Shown here piece after piece: positions 58,004-64,000 of a DNA stretch of 64,000 nt. The stretch spans positions 4,346 through 68,345 of the forward strand of contig CANRMR010000003.1 in assembly GCA_947631785.1 (NCBI GenBank), in the 5' to 3' direction. Under the pieces are notes generated by a model. It ran no database searches, was not told where the DNA came from, and saw only the letters and a list, made by a program, of their open reading frames with translations. The position numbers and the translations under genes are program-made. Every line of letters starts with the position of its first letter. Within the stretch, counting starts at the first letter, position 1. This stretch comes from an uncultured Clostridia bacterium. Its GTDB lineage: Bacteria > Bacillota > Clostridia > TANB77 > CAG-508.

Positions 58004-58127
58004 GAACGAATTAGAATTAGTATATTGCTAGGCAAAATTAATTTAAAATACCGGAGGTGTACTTTGTGTACATCGAGGATTTTTAAATTAATTTTAACGA
58101 CGCAAGATGCTGATTCTAATTTGTTTG
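58004..58127. repeat. Imperfect palindrome H (subfamily B/E/H)
   Basis: GAACGAATTAGAATTAGTATATTGCTAGGCAAAATTAATTTAAAATACCGGAGGTGTAC-TTTGT-GTACATCGAGGATTTTTAAATTAATTTTAACGACGCAAGATGCTGATTCTAATTTGTTTG. The right arm covers the rpmC stop and last ~3 codons. Confidence 0.85.
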
Positions 58128-58322
58128 TTCCTCTATTTCTCTTTGTCTTAATACAGTCTTCACTCTTGCAATATCTTTTTTAACTTCTTTTATTCTCATT
58201 GGATTATCTAGGCTATTTGTTGCTAGACTAAATCTTAATTTGAATAATTCTGTTTTTAATTCGCTTAGTTCTTTTTCTAAATCTGGTGAAGACATTTCTT
58301 TTATTTTATCTATCTTCATCAT
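58116..58322 (-). CDS. rpmC: 50S ribosomal protein L29
   Basis: [31 protein letters not shown]. Start uncertain (58331, 58322 or 58319). Overlaps the rplP 3' end. Confidence 0.93.
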   Translation of the reverse strand: MMKIDKIKEMSSPDLEKELSELKTELFKLRFSLATNSLDNPMRIKEVKKDIARVKTVLRQREIEEQTN

Positions 58323-58749
58323 TATCACCACCTAATTCATTTTCTCTTGCAACAAATTTTGTTTTAACAGGTAGTTTCATACTAGCAAGTCTTAGCGCTT
58401 CTCTTGCTGTTTCTTCTGGTACACCTGCAAGTTCAAACATTACTCTACCTGGTTTTACTACTGCCACCCAAAATTCTGGTGCTCCTTTACCTTTACCCAT
58501 ACGAGTTTCAGCAGGTTTTCTTGTAATTGGTTTATCTGGAAATATTTTTATCCAAACTTTACCACCTCTTTTAATGTAACGTGTCATGGCAATACGCGCT
58601 GCTTCAATTTGGTTTGAAGTAATTTGTGCAGCTTCTAGTGCTTGAATACCATATTCTCCATCTGTTACACGAGTTCCTCTTGTTGCTTTTCCTCTTATTC
58701 TACCTTTTTGTACTTTTCTATGTTTTGTTCTTTTTGGCATTAATGGCAT
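58306..58749 (-). CDS. rplP: 50S ribosomal protein L16
   Basis: [18 protein letters not shown]. The ATG overlaps the rpsC TAA (TAATG). Confidence 0.97.
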   Translation of the reverse strand: MPLMPKRTKHRKVQKGRIRGKATRGTRVTDGEYGIQALEAAQITSNQIEAARIAMTRYIKRGGKVWIKIFPDKPITRKPAETRMGKGKGAPEFWVAVVKPGRVMFELAGVPEETAREALRLASMKLPVKTKFVARENELGGDNDEDR

Positions 58750-59411
58750 TAGTCTTCTCCTCCTTCCACTGTTTTATTTTTAGTTGGAAGAACTTCTCCT
58801 TTATATATCCAAACTTTAACACCTATTTTTCCATAGGTTGTATCTGCTTCATAGAAACCATAATCGATATCTGCTCTTAAAGTTTGTAGTGGAATCATAC
58901 CTTCTTTATAAAATTCTGTTCTTGCCATATCCGCTCCACCTAATCTTCCAGATACAGAAGTTTTAATTCCTAAAGCACCTGCTTTCATAGTTTTTTGCAT
59001 TGCTTGTTTCATTGCTCTTCTAAATGAAATTCTTCTTTCTAGTTGACCACAGATATTTTCTGCTACAAGTTGAGCATCTAAATCTGCATTTTTAACTTCA
59101 ATAATATTTAAATTAACATCTTTTGAAATCATTTTTTGTAATTCTGATTTTAAAGTTTCTGCAATAGCACCACCTTTACCAATTACTAATCCAGGCTTTG
59201 CTGTATATACATTTACTTTAACTGCTTTTGCGGTTCTTTCAATTTCTATTTTTGAAATACCACTTACAAATAATTTTTTCTTAACATATTCACGGATTTT
59301 ATGATCTTCTACAAGAAAATCTGAAAAATCTTTTGAGTTTGCATACCATTTTGAATTCCAATCTTTAATTATACCAACTCTTAATCCGTGTGGATGCATT
59401 TTTTGACCCAT
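58749..59411 (-). CDS. rpsC: 30S ribosomal protein S3
   Basis: [24 protein letters not shown]. Confidence 0.97.
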   Translation of the reverse strand: MGQKMHPHGLRVGIIKDWNSKWYANSKDFSDFLVEDHKIREYVKKKLFVSGISKIEIERTAKAVKVNVYTAKPGLVIGKGGAIAETLKSELQKMISKDVNLNIIEVKNADLDAQLVAENICGQLERRISFRRAMKQAMQKTMKAGALGIKTSVSGRLGGADMARTEFYKEGMIPLQTLRADIDYGFYEADTTYGKIGVKVWIYKGEVLPTKNKTVEGGED

Positions 59412-59429
59412 GCTAGAATTCCCTCCTTT

Positions 59430-59783
59430 TTATTCTTTCTCTTTTAATACAATTGTTATATGACTTGTTCTTTTTCTAATTCTTACAGCTGAACCTTTTG
59501 CTGCAGGTCTTATTCTTTTTAAAGTTGGACCTTGATTTGCATAAATTTCAGCAATATATAAGTTTTGACTATTCATATTATGATTATTTTCTGCATTTGC
59601 GATAGCAGATTTTAATAATTTTTCAATAATCTCAGATGATGCTTTTGGTGTAAATTTTACAATAGCTAAAGCTTCGTTTACATCTTTTCCTCTAATTAAA
59701 TCTGCTACAATTTTCACCTTTCTAGGTGAAATTCTTGCAAAATTAAGGGTTGCTCTAGCTTCTAATTGTGTGTTCTCTTCCAC
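59430..59783 (-). CDS. rplV: 50S ribosomal protein L22
   Basis: [24 protein letters not shown]. Confidence 0.97.
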   Translation of the reverse strand: MEENTQLEARATLNFARISPRKVKIVADLIRGKDVNEALAIVKFTPKASSEIIEKLLKSAIANAENNHNMNSQNLYIAEIYANQGPTLKRIRPAAKGSAVRIRKRTSHITIVLKEKE

Positions 59784-59801
59784 TTATATTCCCTCCTTGA
59801 T

Positions 59802-60083
59802 TTATTTTTTTACTTTTGATGCTTTTTCTCCTGCATGACCTTTAAATGTTCTTGTAGGAGCAAACTCACCTAATTTATGTCCTATCATTTCCTCTGTAAT
59901 ATAAACTGGTACGTGTTTTCTTCCATCATGCACAGCGATTGTATGTCCAATCATTTGTGGATAAATTGTAGATGCTCTTGACCATGTTTTTAATACTTCT
60001 TTTTTTCCGCTTTCATTCATAGCTTCTACTCTTTTTAACAACTCTGGAGCTATAAATGGTTTCTTTTTACTCGATCTTGACAT
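59802..60083 (-). CDS. rpsS: 30S ribosomal protein S19
   Basis: [19 protein letters not shown]...[17 protein letters not shown]. Confidence 0.97.
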   Translation of the reverse strand: MSRSSKKKPFIAPELLKRVEAMNESGKKEVLKTWSRASTIYPQMIGHTIAVHDGRKHVPVYITEEMIGHKLGEFAPTRTFKGHAGEKASKVKK

Positions 60084-60086
60084 TAA

Positions 60087-60914
60087 TTATTTCCTCCTTT
60101 TTACAATGAACTTATTAGATTGTTTCTTTTTATTTCTTGTCTTATATCCTAATGCTGGTTTGCCCCAAGGAGTAAGTGGTCCTGGTCTACCTACTGGTGC
60201 TCTACCTTCACCACCACCATGTGGGTGATCTACTGGGTTCATAACAGAACCTCTAACTGTTGGTCTAATACCCATATGTCTTTTTCTTCCAGCTTTACCA
60301 ATTTTAACATTTTCGTGATCTGTATTTCCTATTGTTCCAATACATGCTCTACATCTTGCTAAAACTAATCTCATTTCTCCAGATGGAAGTCTTACATGAG
60401 CATATTTTCCTTCTTTTGCCATTAATTGTGCACTTTGTCCAGCTGCTCTTACCATTTTTCCACCTTGACCTGGGTTTAATTCAATATTATGAATTAATGT
60501 ACCTACTGGTATATTTTCAATTGGCATACAGTTTCCTGGTTTAATATCTACTTTTTGTCCAGATATTACTTTATCTCCATCAGTTAATCCAACTGGTGCT
60601 AAAATATATGCTTTTTCTCCATCCTCGTATTCAATTAAAGCAATGTTACTACTACGATTTGGATCATATTCTATACCAATTACTGTAGCATACATATCAT
60701 CTTTTTTACGTTTAAAATCAATTATTCTATATTTTTGTCTATTTCCTCCACCTTGATGTCTAACTGTTATTCTACCATAAGAATTTCTTCCTGCTTTTTC
60801 TTTCTTTTTTGCAAGTAAAGATTTTTCAGGAGTTTTTTTAGTAATTTCTTCAAATGTAGAAACAGTCATGTTTCTTCTAGATGGGGTATATGGTTTAAAG
60901 TGTTTCATTCCCAT
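60087..60914 (-). CDS. rplB: 50S ribosomal protein L2
   Basis: A start at ATG 60914 ([14 protein letters not shown]) has AAAGGAG 8 nt upstream. C-terminal GGGEGR motif. Confidence 0.96.
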   Translation of the reverse strand: MGMKHFKPYTPSRRNMTVSTFEEITKKTPEKSLLAKKKEKAGRNSYGRITVRHQGGGNRQKYRIIDFKRKKDDMYATVIGIEYDPNRSSNIALIEYEDGEKAYILAPVGLTDGDKVISGQKVDIKPGNCMPIENIPVGTLIHNIELNPGQGGKMVRAAGQSAQLMAKEGKYAHVRLPSGEMRLVLARCRACIGTIGNTDHENVKIGKAGRKRHMGIRPTVRGSVMNPVDHPHGGGEGRAPVGRPGPLTPWGKPALGYKTRNKKKQSNKFIVKRRK

Positions 60915-60936
60915 TATCTTATTTTCTCCTTTCTGC

Positions 60937-61006
60937 AAAATTAATTAAAATCTTCGCATTACTTTATTACTTTTAATTTTTGTGCTGCTTGTTTTTAATT
61001 AATTTT
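60937..61006. repeat. 70-bp AT-rich palindrome L in the rplW-rplB spacer
   Basis: AAAATTAATTAAAA ... TTTTAATTAATTTT outer arms, with imperfect inner arms TCTTCGCATTAC / GTGCTGCTTG. Confidence 0.5.
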
Positions 61007-61070
61007 GTAATAATTCTTTTTTGAATTATTCTTTTTTATTTTCCTGGTTTATTCCAGATAATTTTATTTT

Positions 61071-61412
61071 TTATACTCCCATATCAATTGAGTCTTTATA
61101 TTTTGTTGAAATTTTAGATGCTTTTCCACCTTTTGCAAGGTATGTTTTATCTTCTGGATTTACATCAATAGTAACTATTGCTTTTTTCCAGTCAGATGTT
61201 TTTCCAACATGTGCACCTACTCTTTTTTCTTTTCCTTTAACACTTATAGTGTTTACTTTTAATACTTTTACCTCAAATAATTTTTCTACTGCTTTTGCAA
61301 TTTCAATTTTTGTAGCTTTTTTATTTACTTCAAAGGTATACTTTCCTTCTTGCATATCCATACTACTTTTTTCTGTAACAATTGGTCTTACAATAACTTC
61401 TTCTGCTATCAT
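61071..61412 (-). CDS. rplW: 50S ribosomal protein L23
   Basis: VIVRPIVTEKSSMDMQEGKYTFEVNKKATKIEIAKAVEKLF. C-terminal extension of about 15 aa. Confidence 0.95.
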   Translation of the reverse strand: MIAEEVIVRPIVTEKSSMDMQEGKYTFEVNKKATKIEIAKAVEKLFEVKVLKVNTISVKGKEKRVGAHVGKTSDWKKAIVTIDVNPEDKTYLAKGGKASKISTKYKDSIDMGV

Positions 61413-62036
61413 TTATGCGTACACCTCCTCTAATTTTTTAACAGTATCTAATGTTATAACAAGTTTTGTATATTTTAGTAAATCATAAACATTAATTGTA
61501 TTTACTAATGTTGTTTTAATTCCTTTAATATTTCTTGCAGATTTTTGAACATTTTCATTTTTTTCTGGTAATAAAATTAGTGCTTTTCCTTCTACTTTTA
61601 AATTGTTTAGCGCATCTACCATATTTTTTGTTTTTATTTCATCAAAAGCTAATTTATCAACAACTACTAAAGAATTTTCTAATACTTTTGAGCTTAAAAC
61701 TGATAAAACTGCAAGTCTTCTTTCTTTTTTATTTACTTTATATTTATAGCTACGTGGTTTTGGTCCTAAAGCAATACCACCTTTAATCCATTGTGGTGCA
61801 CGAATACTACCTTGTCTTGCTCTACCTGTTTCCTTTTGCTTCCATGGTTTTCTTCCACCACCTGAAACTTCTGATCTTGTTTTTGTGCTTTGTGTTCCTT
61901 GTCTTTGATTAGCTAAATAATTAACAAGTACGCTATGTACAATTGCTTCATTTGGTTCTATTCCAAATATTTTTTCATTTAATTCTATATCGCTAACCTT
62001 TTTACCTTTAATATCATATACATCTATTTTAGGCAT
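61413..62036 (-). CDS. rplD: 50S ribosomal protein L4
   Basis: RQGTQSTKTRSEVSGGGRKPWKQKETGRARQGSIRAPQW. Confidence 0.97.
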   Translation of the reverse strand: MPKIDVYDIKGKKVSDIELNEKIFGIEPNEAIVHSVLVNYLANQRQGTQSTKTRSEVSGGGRKPWKQKETGRARQGSIRAPQWIKGGIALGPKPRSYKYKVNKKERRLAVLSVLSSKVLENSLVVVDKLAFDEIKTKNMVDALNNLKVEGKALILLPEKNENVQKSARNIKGIKTTLVNTINVYDLLKYTKLVITLDTVKKLEEVYA

Positions 62037-62052
62037 TTATTCTTCCTCCTTC

Positions 62053-62682
62053 CTAGTTTGCTTTCACTGATTTTTTTATTTTTAGTATAGCACCCTTTGC
62101 ACCTGGTACACTACCTTTTACTAATATAACATTTTTATCTAAATCAACTTTTACTACATCTAAGTTTTGTATTGTAACAGTTTGCACTCCCATATGTCCT
62201 GGAAGTTTCTTTCCTTTAAATACTCTACCTGGTGTAGAAGTAGATCCCATAGAACCTGGTCTTCTATGATACATAGAACCATGTCCCATTGGTCCTCTAT
62301 GTTGACCATGACGTTTAATTACGCCTTGGAACCCTTTTCCTTTTGTAGTTCCTTGTACGTCTATTTTATCTCCAACTTCAAAAACATCTGCTTTTAATTC
62401 GTCTCCAACTTTTACTTCAACTGTATCTACTCTAAATTCTCTTAAATGTTTTTTAGCTGTTACATTTGCTTTTGTAAAATGTCCTTTTTTAGGTTTATTT
62501 AAATGTTTATCTTTAACATCTCCAAAACCTAATTGAACTGCATTATAACCATCTGTGTCTACATTTTTAATTTGTGCTACAACACATGGTCCTGCTTCAA
62601 TTGCAGTAACAGGAACAACCAAACCTTTTTCATCAAAAATTTGTGTCATTCCAATTTTTCTTCCTATTAATGTTTTGTTCAT
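62053..62682 (-). CDS. rplC: 50S ribosomal protein L3
   Basis: [16 protein letters not shown]...[13 protein letters not shown]. Confidence 0.97.
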   Translation of the reverse strand: MNKTLIGRKIGMTQIFDEKGLVVPVTAIEAGPCVVAQIKNVDTDGYNAVQLGFGDVKDKHLNKPKKGHFTKANVTAKKHLREFRVDTVEVKVGDELKADVFEVGDKIDVQGTTKGKGFQGVIKRHGQHRGPMGHGSMYHRRPGSMGSTSTPGRVFKGKKLPGHMGVQTVTIQNLDVVKVDLDKNVILVKGSVPGAKGAILKIKKSVKAN

Positions 62683-62706
62683 TTTTATTTTTCCTCCTAA
62701 CTATTG

Positions 62707-62782
62707 GCTGATTATTTAGATGATAAAATTTAAGTATTAAAATTTCTTAAATTCTTAAATATAAAATATCTAATTTATCAGC
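62707..62782. repeat. 76-bp AT-rich imperfect palindrome K in the rpsJ-rplC spacer
   Basis: GCTGATTATTTAGATG... / ...ATATCTAATTTATCAGC outer arms. It is followed by an AAATTTAAAATT x2 direct repeat. Confidence 0.5.
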
Positions 62783-62830
62783 TTGGTTTTTGATTTTAAA
62801 AAATTTTTAAATTTAAAATTAAATTTAAAA

Positions 62831-63151
62831 TTAAAGTTTCATTTCAATGTCAACACCAGCTGGCAATTCTAATTTCATTAGACTGTCTACTGTTTTTTGT
62901 GTTGGGTAAAGAATATCTATTACTCTTTTATGTGTTCTCATTTCAAATTGTTCTCTAGAATATTTATACTTATGAGGACAACGTAAAATTGTAACTACTT
63001 CTTTTTGTGTTGGTAATGGAATAGGACCTGAAACTTTTGCTCCTGTTCTTTTAGCAGTATCTACTATTTTTTCAGCAGACTGATCTAAAACAACATGATC
63101 ATAAGCTTTTAATCTTATTCTAATTTTCTCACTAGTTGCTACGTTTGCCAT
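62831..63151 (-). CDS. rpsJ: 30S ribosomal protein S10
   Basis: [40 protein letters not shown]. Confidence 0.97.
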   Translation of the reverse strand: MANVATSEKIRIRLKAYDHVVLDQSAEKIVDTAKRTGAKVSGPIPLPTQKEVVTILRCPHKYKYSREQFEMRTHKRVIDILYPTQKTVDSLMKLELPAGVDIEMKL

Positions 63152-63392
63152 AGTAATTTCCCTCCTTTTTTTAAAATTTACCTAGGCAAGTTTAAACGCA
63201 TCCTGGTGTTTCTTTATTCACCGTTTAAAATTCCCAAGTTATTAACGGATACTTCATTTTTACAGCTTGGGATAAGTGATGGTTTTTTCTCTTACCGCCT
63301 GGTCTTAGCCAAGACATACTCTGCGAAAGTTCCCTCCATCCTTCATATCCGTAAGGATGTAGCCACATTTCGCTTCATCGCAAATCTAAACA
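63152..63392 (-). promoter_or_regulatory. ~240-nt structured 5' leader of the S10 operon (candidate r-protein autoregulatory RNA)
   Basis: Locally GC-richer than its surroundings. Stems read directly: 63191..63198/63222..63229 (TTTAAACG/CGTTTAAA), 63232..63238/63266..63272 (TCCCAAG/CTTGGGA), 63302..63306/63311..63315, 63323..63328/63368..63373 (GCGAAA/TTTCGC), the last enclosing 63337..63343/63353..63359 (CATCCTT/AAGGATG). Confidence 0.55.
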
Positions 63393-63399
63393 CCTAATT

Positions 63400-63428
63400 A
63401 TTATACAACGCTTTGTTCCGTATGTCAA
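63400..63428 (-). promoter_or_regulatory. Consensus sigma-A promoter of the S10 operon
   Basis: Minus strand TTGACA (63428..63423), exactly 17 nt, TATAAT (63405..63400). Confidence 0.75.
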
Positions 63429-63469
63429 CAGCTTTTTTAATTTTTTGTAATAATTTTGCTATATAATGT

Positions 63470-63496
63470 GTAGGGGCGATTTTAATCGCCCGCTAC
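63470..63496 (+). repeat. REP-like hairpin (stem CGATT/AATCG) adjacent to the RAYT gene
   Basis: GTAGGGGCGATT-TT-AATCGCCC-GCTAC, 14 nt from the RAYT stop codon. Confidence 0.85.
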
Positions 63497-63509
63497 TTCG
63501 AAGTATTTC

Positions 63510-63963
63510 CTAACAATATTTATCTTTTTTCCAATTAATTATATTATTTTTTATATATTCTTTTATCTTTAAATATTCTTTTTCATTTCTTATTATGTGT
63601 TCATAAAATGACTTTTGCCAGATTGAATATGTTAGTTTTCTACTTACATTTGTTTTATAATGTTTTATTATCGTTGAAAGTGTTACATCCTTTTTGTATA
63701 ATACTAAAACTAAAATATGTATATGGTTAGGCATTATTATATATTCATCTATTATAATATTATCATATATTTCTGTTATTTTATCTATATATTGTTTTGA
63801 TATTTCTCCTTCCTTTGTTAATTCTATTTTATTATCTTTTGTTATTTTTCCTAATATCTCTACTCTATTTTTTATACATAATGTAATAAAATACATGTTT
63901 TCTTTTGAATAGTCATAATTTTCTAGTCTTATTTTTTTTTCGTTGTGGTAATTTTTCTTTCAT
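63510..63963 (-). CDS. REP-associated tyrosine transposase (RAYT; IS200-like Y1/HUH), N-terminus displaced by +1 in an A9 run
   Basis: HUH motif in IIMPNHIHILV. IWQKSFYEHIIRNEKEYLKIKEYIKNNIINW resembles the RayT C-terminal Tyr region. ATG 63963 (MKEKLPQRKK) joins RLENYDYSKENMYFITLC only if the A9 run at 63932..63940 is read as A8. ORF-track core is 63510..63896. Confidence 0.75.
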
Positions 63964-64000
63964 ATTCTTCCTTTCTGGTTTTTTATTTACTATACAATTT

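Noticed and set aside
63206-63397. 63-aa plus-strand ORF upstream of rpsJ.
   Set aside because: It lies wholly inside the structured S10 leader and on the opposite strand from the promoter. It has no RBS. Its open frame is probably a by-product of the GC-richer stems.

Overview
This is a very AT-rich, Firmicutes/Clostridia-like chromosomal segment. It is almost entirely housekeeping and mostly transcribed on the minus strand. Gene content in coordinate order: a partial SNF2 helicase, a DUF2207 membrane protein, a pilin-like LamG protein, a frameshifted P-type ATPase, minC-mrdA-mreDCB-radC, mecA, acpP/plsX, the str operon (rpsL-rpsG-fusA-tuf), a repetitive coiled-coil protein, rsmA, a PASTA-containing PBP, assorted membrane and lipid genes, tatD, acpS, a four-subunit 2-oxoacid:ferredoxin oxidoreductase, ftsL / rsmH (frameshifted) / mraZ, an LPXTG vWA protein, and a complete S10-spc-alpha ribosomal cluster (rpsJ to rplQ, including an unlisted rpmJ). 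I saw no rRNA, tRNA, CRISPR array, prophage or recognisable defence island. The unusual signal is non-coding. (1) A family of ~115-130 bp imperfect palindromes occupies eight intergenic spacers of the ribosomal-protein operons, always in one orientation. They have purine-purine internal loops, a conserved GTAC-TTTT-GTAC apex, and at least one compensatory base-pair flip between copies. Two larger palindromes of the same build flank tatD. (2) A second family of GC-rich REP-like hairpins (GTAGGGGC-stem-GCCC) has five different but internally complementary stems. They occur as singlets, as doublets with a conserved linker, and as a 262-bp inverted pair. A RAYT-type (IS200-like Y1/HUH) transposase gene, interrupted in an A9 run, lies next to one copy. 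One REP supplies the start codon of the LamG gene. (3) The 356-bp mraZ-rsmH spacer is filled with 25-bp tandem repeats carrying an ATCTTTTG core. Other points: a (CT)14 microsatellite, a consensus promoter plus a ~240-nt structured leader for the S10 operon, MraZ boxes at the mraZ promoter, and three single-base frameshifts in conserved genes that may be assembly errors.
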